This document shows positions 28,085 through 42,053 of a stretch of 64,000 bases of DNA, one piece after another. A program made the position numbers and the translations under genes. Location of the stretch: the NCBI RefSeq assembly GCF_001194135.2, contig NC_068992.1, positions 66,932,556 through 66,996,555 on the forward strand. Direction: 5' to 3'. The notes under the pieces were generated by a model. The model worked only from the letters and a program-made list of their open reading frames with translations. It ran no database searches and was not told the DNA's origin. The stretch's first letter is position 1. Every line of letters begins with the position of its first letter. The stretch comes from Octopus bimaculoides (taxonomy: Eukaryota).

Positions 28085-28231
28085 CGAGTGTTTTGTTAGA
28101 AGTGGCGAATACAACCGACTCTGTATCACATAAGAACAATCCATTTACACCAAATGTTATATTTTTTAGTCCAAAAGCACATCCAAAGCCCTCTTTCACG
28201 TGGACAGCTTTTTCGATAGTCTTCTGCTTTA
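28085..28231 (-). CDS. Candidate 147-nt phase 1-1 exon, (V)KQKTIEKAVHVKEGFGCAFGLKNITFGVNGLFLCDTESVVFATSNKTL
   Basis: Acceptor tttacttatttttag|TA, donor CTCG|gtaata; lies in an 80-aa ORF of the track and the in-register plus frame is also open; no family recognised. Confidence 0.22.
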
Positions 28232-29629
28232 CTAAAAATAAGTAAATTCCATGAAAGAAGGTAGGCTTAAAAGTGGTTCCTGATAGGGGACAAGTATGTG
28301 GCATCGGGGGATATAGAAGTAGATGTAGAAATGGATTCTCTAAAGTAATTCACTTCTTGTCATATTGTTTTGATATCGTAAGGATATCTTATACCAAATC
28401 ATAAGAGTACATGATGGGTGGGGGTGGGGGTGGAGGGGAAGAACTATTAGAAATAAAATTTGAAGTTTAATCAGTATTAGCTAATCCGTTACCATTGGCC
28501 TGTAGTAATATGTTGCTGTACAACGATATTTCGTAAACCAAACATGAAGGGTGTAGAATAAAAACAAACTGAAGAAAAGAGATCCGGTTATATAATTGTT
28601 TGAAAAGAAGAAAACATCGAAGATCGTCCAATCACACGCATGAAATTAGTTTAGATTGTTAAAAAGAATATTAATGACCAACATACATAATTTACACTCA
28701 ATTTCATGAACTCTAAACAACTAATATCATAATAATTAATTCCAAATATTTCTTTAGCGACTATGGAATCAACGACAACAATGAAGTAGACATCCTATAA
28801 TTATTCTAGCTGTTAGAGTCTTAAACCCAATCGACTTCAACATTTATAATTACAAAAGAATGTTTTGATATCAGTCGTAGAAGTGTGGATGAGGGAAGAC
28901 ACGTAATTGGAAATGTTTTTTTCGGAGTAAACACAAAGAAATAATTTTTACACGAATACAAGAAAAAAAGAAGAAAACCCATTCACACGCAACGCAAATC
29001 ACGTTACACAACACAGGTAACTTCACGACATTTTAAAATGAAATGGAAGACAGCAATGGGAAATTTATCGACAAAAAGAATTCTATTACAAGTTATGAAG
29101 TAAATTAATATTTTCAGAAAAACACGTCTCAAAATAAAAACTAAAGCTAATAATTGTTAAATATGACCTGTGTTTTATAGTTGTTAAAGCAGCAAAAATG
29201 TGTACCATATTTGATATTTGTGTTGACATACAATATTATATAAGAGTTGTTAGATCGTGTGGAATCAAAATATAAATACGCTGTTTAATGTCCCCCAACT
29301 CCAAACTGGATTACTCCAATGGAATTTTTTTTATAAGATGTAAGTAAAAAGAATAGGAGACTGCTCTGATATAACTGACATGCGCACTCTATACTATAAT
29401 TGATTAAAAACAAATTTACTGATATTGTAATCAAGGGCTACCTTTGAAACATGGGTCTCTGGAATCAGAGTTCATCTGGAATTACAGAATAACAGCAACA
29501 AGTATAATCATGGATGGTAAATAAAAGAAGGAGTTATTTAATGGCCGTAAGCTTTGCTTCTAACTTGCCAGATCGCCCCCTTGTGGGAAAGAAGGAAATC
29601 AATTTCACCGATTCAACTGCTCAGTTAAT

Positions 29630-29765
29630 ATTTATTTTGTCGATCGCGAAAAGATAGATGGCAAAACGGATGCCGGCAGAACTCGAACTCAAAATGTCAA
29701 GACGAGAAATGCTGCTATGTTTTCCTCTGATCTCTCACGCAGTGAGCATTTCACCACCTCGCCGC
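29630..29765 (-). mobile_element. Highly diverged family 1-like SINE
   Basis: GTCGATCGCGAAAAGATAGATGGCAAAAC..GGCAGAACTCGAACTCAAAATG resembles the reverse complement of the family 1 central and B-box region. Confidence 0.5.
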
Positions 29766-29805
29766 CGCCTTCATAATAATAATAATTAAAAAAATAATAA
29801 TAATA

Positions 29806-29988
29806 ATTTCAAATTTTGGCACAAGGCCAGCATTTTCGGCGGGGTGGGGGGAAGGTAAGTCAACTGGCACTTATTTGATCGACCCCAAAAGGATGAAAGG
29901 CAAAGTCGACCGCGGTGGAAGATGCGCTATAAAGACGGACGAAATGCCCCTAAGCACCTTGTCCGGCGTGCTAACGCTTCTGACAGCT
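29806..29988 (-). mobile_element. tRNA-derived SINE family 1, tail type A-like, with internal deletions
   Basis: ACTTATTTGATCGACCCCAAAAGGATGAAAGGCAAAGTCGACC and CCGGCGTGCTAACGCTTCTGACAGCT; AAT repeats on both sides. Confidence 0.85.
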
Positions 29989-30259
29989 AATAATAATAAT
30001 AATAATAATCAAGTCAACGGAGCATTGGGTCGATACTGCCCAATCTGAAAAAAGAAAAACAATCTGAAAACTTTAGAAATACCCTAAAATCTAGGTGTAT
30101 TGCAAAAGTTGGCATTATTTGGAACTGCATGCATAATGCATAATGCATAAAGTACTGACTGTCTGAGGTCCTTGTTGTGACTTGACAAACAGTACAAACT
30201 CCCCGTAGATACAATGTCTTCAATCAACAACCTCATGATATTGGATACTGTGCGACGTC

Positions 30260-30324
<65 letters not shown>

Positions 30325-30401
30325 CAAGAACAACAACAAAAACAATGACAACAACAACAAAATAAACAGAATAAGAACAAAAACAATAAATATATAAAAA
30401 T

Positions 30402-30619
30402 TTGTCACCGTCTATGTTGCTATTCTGAACCATTGAATAGCATATCTTGTGATATAAATAATTACTAAATCGTATTATATTTCATATTTATTTGTCTTTA
30501 ATCCTCTCTAAGTCGACCAATTATATTATAAAATACAAATTAGCGTTCTGGTAAATATTTAGAGAATGGTGAGCAATTCGATATTTCATTGCAGCTTAGA
30601 GACACTAAACGTAAGTGTA

Positions 30620-30620
<1 letters not shown>
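30402..30620 (+). repeat. 219-bp direct duplication, copy 1
   Basis: Matches 32328-32546 at constant offset 1926, 3 substitutions by eye, no indels. Confidence 0.93.
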
Positions 30621-30660
<40 letters not shown>

Positions 30661-32195
30661 ACGTATATCTGCATGTATGCTTAAAATGTGTATATATATC
30701 CATACATAAGCATATATACGTATATATGTATATATGCATATGCATATACATATGTTTATATATATGAGTGAACCAGTGGATATATTTCTTGAAACAATAT
30801 CCCGCGTACTTAGCCGTATTGACGCACACATATATAGACTTCTACGTTTATATATATTTGTACACACAAGTTGAGATTTAAAACGTAAAAGGCCACAAAA
30901 TATTCTCGATCAATTTAAATATCTATTTTCCATTTGGAAAAGAAATCAAAACCTTCGCGCTAATTATTTGCGACTGTCAAGAAGAAAGGGGGAGATAATA
31001 TCAACGAAATTGAATAACTCTTTGTCAATTATTTTCTGAGTTTCGTGGAAAATCTGATAATTGTTTGGGTGCAAGACATAATTATTGATATAGAAGCATT
31101 TGAACAATCACAATCTGAGAAATTATTAGACCATAAATTAATCAGTCGAGAAGAGTGAAGTCTTAATTTTCGAAAATATAGTAAACAAAAATTATCTCTG
31201 TTTAAATATGCACATTATACAGTCTAAAGTTATTCGTAATTCTTTTTTGTTAATTTCAAAACATCCCAGCTTATGAATACAGGTCTGTATAGACTCTACT
31301 TTGCTGGAGATGTGCAATTGTAAAGAAACATATCTCTAATTACCCCCCTTGTCTATAAAGAACGATAAGGCTTTCTTCTATTTTCAGTTCTCTTCTCTTT
31401 TTTGAAATTATCTCGCCTAAGGTCTTTTAATCTTCAACAATTGCGGATAGGTCCCTAGCTTCACTCTACAATTCAAGGTGAGTTTTCAAATAGATATTAT
31501 TATACACAGCTAATGAGTTGATATTGTTTATAGAGAAAAGGAAATGGGTATTGTGGTAGAGAAACGTCATCACTCTCTTCCTCCCCCTCTCTCTCTCCCC
31601 TATTACCCTCTCCTCTCTCTCTCTCACACACACACAATTGTGCGCTTGCATATAAGTATAGTCATAGGAATGGTTTGTGTGAAGTTTTTGGTTGGGTTTA
31701 TTTTAGCAGAGTTTAGAATCCGGTTGATGTTAGTGCTTTGAGTGATATTGCGCTGGCAGACATTATGGAAGTCCGTCCATTGTCATGATAATTTTCAGTA
31801 TGCTATTTCATATGCATTTCGCTTGGCGATTACATTAAAATGTCAGGTGACTGTGGTTGACCTAGCCATTTACACCATAATTCAATGAGTTGGTGGTCAA
31901 CTTGAACTAGAAAACCAGTCAATCAAAACGACGGAGATCCCTTTAGTGAATAAATGAAATTGAACCAGTCTGCCCAGTGATGACTGGCCTGGTGTTAAAC
32001 AACAGCAACAAAGACGACGATGACATTAGTGCAAACAACAACAGTAGCAACAGCAACCACCACAATAACCCCACGTGACCATTGTTTGTGTTAACATCGA
32101 GTTAGAAACAATAAAAAAATGATTGAAATCACGCGAAACAAAACAATCTTAAAAACAACCAACATAAAGTAGGCAAACCAACATTAATAACTAAA

Positions 32196-32237
<42 letters not shown>

Positions 32238-32327
32238 AATAAAAACAACAACAACAAGATTACGGAAAAAACAGAATAACAACATCAATAGTAAATTACT
32301 AAATATATGTATGAAATATGTAAAAAG

Positions 32328-32546
32328 TTGTCACCGTCTATGTTGCTATTCTGAACCATTGAATAGCATATCTTGTGATATAAATAATTACTAAATCGTA
32401 TTATATTTCATATTTGTTTATCTTTAATCCTCTCTAAGTCGACCAATTATATTATAAAATACAAATTAGCTTTCTGGTAAATATTTAGAGAATGGTGAGC
32501 AATTCGATATTTCATTGCAGCTTAGAGACACTAAACGTAAGTGTAT
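32328..32546 (+). repeat. 219-bp direct duplication, copy 2
   Basis: Matches 30402-30620; an N-gap starts 3 bp after the end of the match. Confidence 0.93.
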
Positions 32547-32819
32547 ACANNNNNNNNNNNNNNNNNNNNNNNNNNNNNNNNNNNNNNNNNNNNNNNNNNN
32601 NNNNNNNNNNNNNNNNNNNNNNNNNNNNNNNNNNNNNNNNNNNNNNNNNNNNNNNNNNNNNNNNNNNNNNNNNNNNNNNNNNNNNNNNNNNNNNNNNNNN
32701 NNNNNNNNNNNNNNNNNNNNNNNNNNNNNNNNNNNNNNNNNNNNNNNNNNNNNNNNNNNNNNNNNNNNNNNNNNNNNNNNNNNNNNNNNNNNNNNNNNNN
32801 NNNNNNNNNNNNNNNNNNN

Positions 32820-32863
<44 letters not shown>

Positions 32864-32885
32864 CACACAAACACTCACACGCGCG

Positions 32886-32928
<43 letters not shown>

Positions 32929-33966
32929 GCTCGTATGTACCTATGTATTTTGTGTGTGTGTATTACGTACTTATCTTGAATGCATGTATGTATTAATGTT
33001 TGCTGGTCTCTTTCAATATCTGTATACATATACATCTATAATTATACAGTCACTCATGAATAAGACTCAGGAAGCCTAATCAATACCATTTAATACTTAT
33101 ATACACACACGCTCGCGTATACATACATGCACACACATTTCTATCTACAAATGGTGATGCAACGAATGGCGTACACCAAACATTCTGAGTTTAGTTGAAA
33201 TCTTCCACTCAACTGGAAAAGAAAATCGAAAACTACCAGTAATTGTTAGCAGCCAGAAAGAAGAAGAAAGGGAGACACTTTCCATAAATGAATTATTTTT
33301 AGGAAAAACGGGGTTTCGACTTGACAAATGGTCACCAAAAATCTGAGAATCTACTTTGTTTCTCATGTTGCCATTGGTTGAACAGAGGTACAAGTGGCTG
33401 CCATGAAATTGTAAAACTGACGAATGCGTCGTTTGGTTTGAGTAGTGAGTGTAACTTCTTGGAGACGGATGAGGTCGACTAACTTGATTTACACATGAAG
33501 ACAAAGCCTTGTCTGTTGCTCCTCCTACCGGCTCAATGGGTTATAGCAATCAACATATTTGCTAAGCGCATATTGAACATGTCTGGTCCGTAACATACAT
33601 TAAATCAAAGCAAGTTGGATATTTATATTAATATTGACCTTCGATTATTTTCTTTAGAACACAAAACCTGAGAAATTCTAAAGAAATCTGAATCGGCAAT
33701 ATCGGAAATATATTTTGTAAAAAGCAATTGAAATTTGAATTTCATTTAAGATTTATTTACTTTGAACTCTTAAATAACGAAATTATCTTAGAAAGTCAGA
33801 TATGGAATATTGTCAGAGGAATCTTGTATTTACTTTTTCTTTTAGTTCTTTGTTGATATTTTTGTTTTTTCCCTACCTTTACCTCTCTTCGTCCTTCTCT
33901 ATTAACTATCGACTGTTTTTTTTCACTCCTTCTCTCTCTCTCTGTATGTCTGTGTGTGCCTGTATT

Positions 33967-34007
<41 letters not shown>

Positions 34008-35064
34008 NNNNNNNNNNNNNNNNNNNNNNNNNNNNNNNNNNNNNNNNNNNNNNNNNNNNNNNNNNNNNNNNNNNNNNNNNNNNNNNNNNNNNNNNNNNNN
34101 NNNNNNNNNNNNNNNNNNNNNNNNNNNNNNNNNNNNNNNNNNNNNNNNNNNNNNNNNNNNNNNNNNNNNNNNNNNNNNNNNNNNNNNNNNNNNNNNNNNN
34201 NNNNNNNNNNNNNNNNNNNNNNNNNNNNNNNNNNNNNNNNNNNNNNNNNNNNNNNNNNNNNNNNNNNNNNNNNNNNNNNNNNNNNNNNNNNNNNNNNNNN
34301 NNNNNNNNNNNNNNNNNNNNNNNNNNNNNNNNNNNNNNNNNNNNNNNNNNNNNNNNNNNNNNNNNNNNNNNNNNNNNNNNNNNNNNNNNNTATATATATA
34401 TATATATATATATATATGAACATTCCTCTGTGGGTGGGTACGATTACATTCAATATTAATTTCATTAGATTTTCTCTCCGCTCAGCTTCTATAAATTTTT
34501 GTTTTACCTTTCCCCATTATATATCCCCAGATATATTTATATATTACATTTGTATACCTTTAACAGTAGCCAGGAACAGGTTAAAGACTTCTCGATAATG
34601 GCGAGATATTCTTACCTATTTTGCTATTCATACGCATCAATCTTGTTATATCTATACATTTTATCTCTCCAATCCAATATTCCTAACTGTGTAGTTACAG
34701 AACCGCTGTGAATGCAGTCCGGTGTTTCTATTCAAGCAGCGTGGTTATTACAATGACACGATATATATGATTCATATAGAACTGGGCTAGCAAAATTATC
34801 GTAATTATTTCTTCGTCTTCTATCTATTCGGCAGAGTTTTAGTCGTCCCCAGAGATTATTTCTGTGTGTTGTCTAGAATATCATCTAGGTGATGCCTCCA
34901 TTTAGAACGCAACACATCATTCTCACTATTATATAATGTGTCTATTAACCTACAACTAGAGGGTAATCTCTAAGAACATCAGCACTGACGGAACTTTGGC
35001 AATAGTAACCTATTACAGTTATTGCAACATTGTTTTGTTACGCTTATTGTTACCGGCATCATTT

Positions 35065-35157
<93 letters not shown>

Positions 35158-35550
35158 TGTGTGAACGCGTGTGTGTGCGTGCGTGTATACTTTTCAAGGC
35201 TTGCAGCATTTATGGCTACACAACCGAATGAATTTTTTTCCCCGCAAGCCAGTAGCACAGAATTTAGTGGAGATTTGGTTGCTATTTCTAGCAGGTCGGT
35301 CTCCCCCATCGTTTCTTTATTTGTGACGTTCTGAGTAGTTGTATTCACATGAATGTCTTGCTTGAAGCATTCTCTTGCTTTGTTCTGTAAATTTAAACAC
35401 AAAGGAAAATACGTTTGTTATAATTTCAAGATTCCTACACACTTTACTTTGCAATCCGTTTCTTGCCACTGTACGTTTGAAAATATTGTGGCCTTGCTTT
35501 TAATGAAAAATTCCTTTCTCATTATTATTATTAATAAAACACTATCCATA

Positions 35551-35760
35551 AGGGGGCGAGATGGCAGAAACGTTAGCACAACGGGCAAAATACTTAGAGG
35601 TATTTCGTCTGTCTTTTATGTTCTGAGCTCAAATTCCGCCGAGGTCGGCTTTGCCTTTCATTCTTTCGGGTCGATAAATTAAGTACCAGTTAGTTACTAG
35701 GGTCTAACTAATCGACTGGCCCCTCCCCCCAAAATTTCGGGCCTTGTTCTTAGAGCAGAA
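35551..35760 (+). mobile_element. tRNA-derived SINE family 1, tail type A
   Basis: GGCGAGATGGCAGAAACGTTAGCAC, GAGCTCAAATTCCGCCGAGGTCGGCTTTGCCTTTCAT, tail CCCTCCCCCCAAAATTTCGGGCCTTGT. Confidence 0.9.
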
Positions 35761-36427
35761 AAAACTTATTTAAACACTATCCTATTTAAATACAACCTGT
35801 AGCATGAACTACAAAATACTTTGCTGCTGTAATATCAAACATTTAATTTTATCCACGCATTTCAATAGGTGTTTGCTATGGAAACTAAAACCTGTATGTG
35901 TAAACATAAATCTCGACATAGACTAGAGATGTAAACATTTAATCTGGGAGTCGATCGTAGAGCCGTCTTGAAATTCTCTTTTAACTTGGAACTCAATATA
36001 CAATAATTAGTGACAAATAACTAAATCCTTACATTGATTTTTTTTTTATCGGAATTCTTTCAAGGCTGCTCTTTCAAATTTGCTTTTAGTTGCTGACCTG
36101 AAGTATTTGTTCAAGTCAATACTGGCAAATTTTCCAAAGTTAAAGAACAAGAACCAACATGAAACAAAATTTCGAAATGTTTCAAACTTTACAAGCTTTT
36201 CTGCAAACAAACAATCATACAAAAACATGTTTTCGTGAAGAAACTTGCGTGTTTATGTGTGGCTTTGCGTATCGAGTTAAAATCTTCGACTAGAAAAAAG
36301 TATTTTCTTTAAAAATACACAAAAGTCTAGAATTTATTTGGGAATAAGGAGATGAATAGGAAACAGTTGGTCGTTCCAACTATATTGAAGGTTTTTGCGC
36401 TGAATTTCTACTAGTTTATTATACATA

Positions 36428-36465
<38 letters not shown>

Positions 36466-37020
36466 NNNNNNNNNNNNNNNNNNNNNNNNNNNNNNNNNNN
36501 NNNNNNNNNNNNNNNNNNNNNNNNNNNNNNNNNNNNNNNNNNNNNNNNNNNNNNNNNNNNNNNNNNNNNNNNNNNNNNNNNNNNNNNNNNNNNNNNNNNN
36601 NNNNNNNNNNNNNNNNNNNNNNNNNNNNNNNNNNNNNNNNNNNNNNNNNNNNNNNNNNNNNNNNNNNNNNNNNNNNNNNNNNNNNNNNNNNNNNNNNNNN
36701 NNNNNNNNNNNNNNNNNNNNNNNNNNNNNNNNNNNNNNNNNNNNNNNNNNNNNNNNNNNNNNNNNNNNNNNNNNNNNNNNNNNNNNNNNNNNNNNNNNNN
36801 NNNNNNNNNNNNNNNNNNNNNNNNNNNNNNNNNNNNNNNNNNNNNNNNNNNNNNNNNNNNNNNNNNNNNNNNNNNNNNNNNNNNNNNNNNNNNNNNNNNN
36901 NNNNNNNNNNNNNNNNNNNNNNNNNNNNNNNNNNNNNNNNNNNNNNNNNNNNNNNNNNNNNNNNNNNNNNNNNNNNNNNNNNNNNNNNNNNNNNNNNNNN
37001 NNNNNNNNNNNNNNNNNNNN

Positions 37021-37110
37021 CCCCTCTCCCTTCTCTCCCCCTCTCCCTTCTCTCCCCCTCTCCCTTCTCTCCACCTCTCTCCCTCCCTCCTCGCACTCCC
37101 CCTCTCTCTC
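37021..37110. repeat. Polypyrimidine tandem repeat, about 17-nt unit CCCCCTCTCCCTTCTCT
   Basis: About three units then degenerate; abuts an N-gap. Confidence 0.85.
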
Positions 37111-37489
37111 TTTATGTGTGTATGTGTTTACATATGACTATGTGACGAAAGAATGTCTCATACACAGACATTCACTGCTGGTAAAGACACGTCGATTTTC
37201 TCTGTTGTTCTACTCAGTTTTGTTTCATATTTCATATTTCTGATTCCCTGAACGAGATGAAATGGCCTGACCTGACCTGACCTGACCTCACATTTGTCTA
37301 TTTCAGTACAATCCTGTCCAAATGATTATCTCTAAAGTTGTAGATGAAATGATATTTATTGTGTAAGAGGTTTTCTGTGTTAATTGGCATCGACATTCTC
37401 TCCGTTAGAAGAAGATTTTAGATAATGAAAGTTGGTTAGTGTCACATTCATTAATTACATGCCGTTGAAAGAGATAATGAGGGAACGTA

Positions 37490-37660
37490 AGAGAAATAAC
37501 AGCTAAATCTCGGTCAAATCTTACCCTGCTGCCTGAAGGAGAGGATGCAATAGACAATGTAGTCTGGCATACTACATAAAAGATGTGGTGGTCACCAAAC
37601 TAAATACTTTGCCCATTGGGTTGACCTCGGGCTAAATGACGAAGACCACAATGAAGATGC
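37490..37660 (+). mobile_element. Dispersed repeat family 4 copy
   Basis: AGAAATAACAGCTAAATCTCGGTCAAATCTTACCC ... TTGACCTCGGGCTAAATGACGAAGAC. Confidence 0.45.
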
Positions 37661-37794
37661 TTTGTCCTTCAACGTTCATATATATGATCACGTGGTCAAT
37701 CAACGATCAATAGATAGGCATTGATCTGAATTTATGTGTTTATGTGGTTGCTAGTCTATGCTTACGTTCAACTTGATTACTTGTTAATGTGTAT

Positions 37795-38014
37795 AAGGCG
37801 GCGAGCTGGCAGAATCGTTAGCACGTCGGGCGAAATGCTTTGCGGTATTTCGCCCGTCGCTACGTTCTGAGTTCAAATTCAGCCAAAGTTGATTTTGCCT
37901 TTCATCATTTCAGGGTCGATAAATTAAGTACCAGTGAAACACTGGGGTTGATGTGATCGACTAGTCCCCTCCCCACAAATTTCAGGCCTTGTGCCTATGG
38001 TAGAAAGGTTTATT
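37795..38014 (+). mobile_element. tRNA-derived SINE family 1, tail type A, near full length
   Basis: GGCGGCGAGCTGGCAGAATCGTTAGCAC, GAGTTCAAATTC, GCCTTTCATCATTTCAGGGTCGATAAATTAAGTACCAG, tail CCCCTCCCCACAAATTTCAGGCCTTGTGCCTATGGTAGAAAGG. Confidence 0.93.
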
Positions 38015-38240
38015 AATCTACTATGGAAGACCGAAGGTAAAGTACACACACATTCACACTCAGATACACTCACACACATAGACACACGCGCGCGCACACA
38101 CATACACACCTCCCTCTCACACACATATCACTTTAAGTAATGTGAAGCTAAGTCAAACTCATTAAACCTACGTAACACCAACTAAATGCCTTCAGTGTTA
38201 CTTTCTTTCGTTTGTTCACTCACTTATGTCTATGAATACA

Positions 38241-38318
<78 letters not shown>

Positions 38319-38376
38319 CATATATGTATGTATTATATATGTATGCATATTTATGTATAAATATACGCATACATGT

Positions 38377-38756
38377 GGAGGCGAAATGCCCCGGTGGTTA
38401 GGGCAGCGGACTCGCGGTTGTAGGATCGCGGTTTCGATTCCCAGACCGGGTGTTGTGAGTGTTTATTGAGCGAAAATACCTAAGGCGCCACGAGACTCCT
38501 GCATCGAGTGGTGGGGAACCCTGCAGTGCTCTTTCACCACAACTTTCTCTCACTCTTTCTTCCTATTTCTGTTGTACCTGTATTTCAAAGGGACAGCCTT
38601 GTCACACTGTGTTACGCTGAATCTCCCCGAGAGCTACGTTAAGGGTACACGTGTCTGTGGAGTGCTCAGCCACATGCACGTTAATTTCACGAGCAATTTA
38701 TTCCGTTGATCGGATCAACTGGAACTCTCGTCGTCGTAAGCGACAGAGTGCCACAA
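38377..38756 (+). mobile_element. tRNA-derived SINE, family 3 (about 380 bp)
   Basis: A-box-like TGCCCCGGTGGTTAGGG, B-box GGTTTCGATTCC, tRNA-like head followed by a long non-tRNA body ending CTCGTCGTCGTAAGCGACAGAGTGCCACA; not a complete tRNA. Confidence 0.75.
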
Positions 38757-38815
38757 TACGCATATATATGAATATACATATATTATCTGCCTGTCTGTCT
38801 CTCTATGTATGAATG

Positions 38816-38851
<36 letters not shown>

Positions 38852-38994
38852 TATGGATTTACCTAATTTATAATTTGGAAAACCAACAAGATTATTCCAC
38901 TGGCAACGGAAAAGCTAATCTCTTCAAAATGCTAAAACGTTTCTCAACTCTGTAAATCTGATGTGTATCTGTGAGAATGAAGTAAAAGACGAAA

Positions 38995-39027
<33 letters not shown>

Positions 39028-39085
39028 TGATGACGATGAAGATGAAGATGAAGATGATGATGATGATGATGATCTTGATGATGAT
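38995..39085. repeat. (GAC)n-(GAT)n-(GAAGAT)n compound microsatellite
   Basis: Direct reading. Confidence 0.93.
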
Positions 39086-39199
39086 AGCTACGAGAATTAT
39101 AATTATATATAGTTTGAATTGCGAACTGTATAAGCAAAATATATTGCTTAAACGAATAAGACATTTACAAAAATTAAGTAAACAAACCGAAGCAAACTT

Positions 39200-40577
39200 A
39201 AAACCATCGTAATTTTAAAACAATTGATGCCCGATATTTGAATAAACAGTTTGAAAATCATGAATGAAGATATCTACAAAAATACACGTGTCATGTCGTA
39301 TAACTAATAAGAGAAACTGGAAAGAAAATAAAGGATCCAAGAAAAGGGGAAAAACGTTCAGATAATTAATAAGTATTCCGACAAAAGAGAAGAAATTTTG
39401 TAAACCAACGAATAGCTTGAAAGGTATGAAACTTCGGATCAATGAGAACAATTCTTCCCAGACAATGCGATATACGAATGAAAATCTTTTAAGAGGACTT
39501 TAACAATAACACTAAAAACTATGGCCTCTAGAACCAGTCATACACATGCTTCAGGTTAGATGAGACTAATGAGAAGATTAGAGGAAAAGAGAAAAGGAGA
39601 AAATTAGGACAGGGCATTGCAGAATAATAAATATATACTAAGCCGTTCCGAGGCTGCCAGTTTAGAGCTAATATTGATATAATTAGTTCACTTCATACAC
39701 AAGCAATTCGGGGTCTGATATACATAGAAAACTACTACAAAATAACAATAATGGGACTAGAAGAAACTGGTTAGAGTAACAAAGAATAGTGAAGAAAATA
39801 TACTTGTATATTATTAGGAAACATTTAAAATTATACTGCTGAAAGTTATCCGTACTTAAAAAGAGGATTGACAAAAGGGAAAAATGACAAAATAGGTCAA
39901 CTGAAAGCAAAAATCCCTAACCACCGAAAACCCTACAACAGTGAATACAGAGCAATAAGCACAGTGGGATGCTGGAATCTTGCAATGAAGTTAAATTTGT
40001 TGACTTTGTTGGAAAAAATATGTTGGATGAAAAGAATTAACGAAATCATCACTGGTAGTCCGAGAATGGACAACAGAAGATACATCCACAGAATTGGGAC
40101 TTTCATACACTGCAGGTTTATGAGCATAAACCAATACAAGAAAAGATTTCAGAAAATGACAAAGCGATTGATATACTATGGGGTTCGCTCATTCATACAC
40201 CCATGGGATAAGTCAATGGGATACCCACATGGCAATCAAGAAAAAGAAGTACTCCTTGACCAACCTATGTGTCTTATCAACTGATGATGGTGCATTTCAG
40301 AGAGAAATATGGAAATCGTCCAAATAAATGTCCTAGAAATAGATAACTAGAAGATAGATGAAAATAATTCCGTTAATAATTGGTGCCTTGGGATTGATTA
40401 AAACATATGCTGCTAAATAAAGAACCAAAGTTCTAGGACACACATCTAAACAACACACAGGAAGTAGCTGTTCTGTTAATTGGTAGAGTTCTTTCAAAAT
40501 ATGACAGAGAACATAAAACAAAAGAAAAATTCTGCCGTTCTGCGGTAAAAAGCACGTAATGAAAATAGAACTACTTG
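39200..40577 (+). mobile_element. Decayed 5'-truncated R4/Dong-like non-LTR retrotransposon (restriction-enzyme-like endonuclease end)
   Basis: Disrupted motifs YIHRIGTFIHC (40081-40113; cf. Y..RH..V..YIHW) and MKIIPLIIGALGLIK (40358-40402; cf. IIPVIIGALG), followed by a (TAA)n-rich array; many stops and frameshifts; 5' boundary approximate. Confidence 0.62.
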
Positions 40578-40722
<145 letters not shown>

Positions 40723-41947
40723 TAATTTAAGGTGAATAAACACGCGAAGATGATAATCGTTGAGTGAAAAGTTGTTAACTAGTAGCGAGACTAAGAAAAA
40801 TGGTTTGAGTCTGTAGAGTATGAAGCAAGAAACATCTTGTGGTAAGATGATATCACTAAGATAAGAGCTAATCATTTCGATGGCAAATCATGATATCTTA
40901 TTTGCTGTGAAGACGAGACTTAGAAGAAGAATTACATTGAGAGCCAAACAACAGCAAATGTCACCATACGTACATACATACATACATACATACATACATA
41001 CGCACACACATATATGCACTAAGAGGGACTACTAGAAATAAAAGTCAAATCTCCTTTACGTGATGTTGAACTACGTAGGGAAAGTAGAAAACTAGAGAAA
41101 AACGAGCATGGCTGAAATGTCATTAATCATAGACCCACTGGATTCGAACTGAATCAAACAACATTGAAAACACCAGCAGCTGTAAATGTAAGGAACAGAC
41201 GATAAAGATACGATGAGGTCGGTGGCGGCGTATTATAAGTATCAAAATCAGTCGAGTCTCGTTACTCTACGAAAAGAAAGGAAGAAAAATGCTGGACAAC
41301 GTGATCTTAAATACATAACACTTCAAAAGAAGATTGGATAGTTATATCTGGAATGCGTTATGAATATTGGAAATGAAGCCTAAACTCAGGCTAAACAACA
41401 ATTACAGCAGCACTAATAAGTACAGACATGTAAAAACAGGAGATAATTTTCAAATAAACATTTAGTCCTATCTAAATTGAATGTCTAAACGTTTTCCTCG
41501 CTTCCTCTGTACAGTGAACTCTTTATATTTTATGAGCTTTGGGAACAATTCTTATCAGACACTTTGTTAAATGAGCACAAATAGTTGTTAGTTTATTTTT
41601 TGCATCTGTAATTTTAAATCTTTAAAATTTAGCGAGATATATTTGATGAATATCCAAAGCTTTTAACTGGTTTTAACGATCAATCTCACGTTGAAATAAA
41701 TATAAAGATGGATATATAAACATAAGTTCGTGGCGCGCACACACACACAGACACACGAATACTAACGTATATATGCAAAAGTTTAAGTTTAGACAGAAGA
41801 AAAAAAAAGAAAAAGAAAAAGAAAAACTATAAGCATGGGTATTATTTTGATGTCATCAGTCAAGGACTTCAGGTAATAAATGACTTCAATTCACATTATC
41901 AACAGCAGTGTTCTCTTCAGGGTACTGGTGGATTGATAATTAACGCT

Positions 41948-42053
<106 letters not shown>

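Noticed and set aside
28168-28205. PKAHPKPSFTW, similar to the contactin Ig-domain PKAxPKPxFxW motif
   Set aside because: Flanking residues lack the Ig cysteines and the downstream strand pattern
33145-33504. 119-aa minus-strand ORF
   Set aside because: Ser/His-rich with no recognisable domain and no upstream acceptor in frame; compatible with chance
38377-38450. tRNA gene
   Set aside because: A and B boxes are present but there is no closed acceptor stem, and it continues into a SINE body
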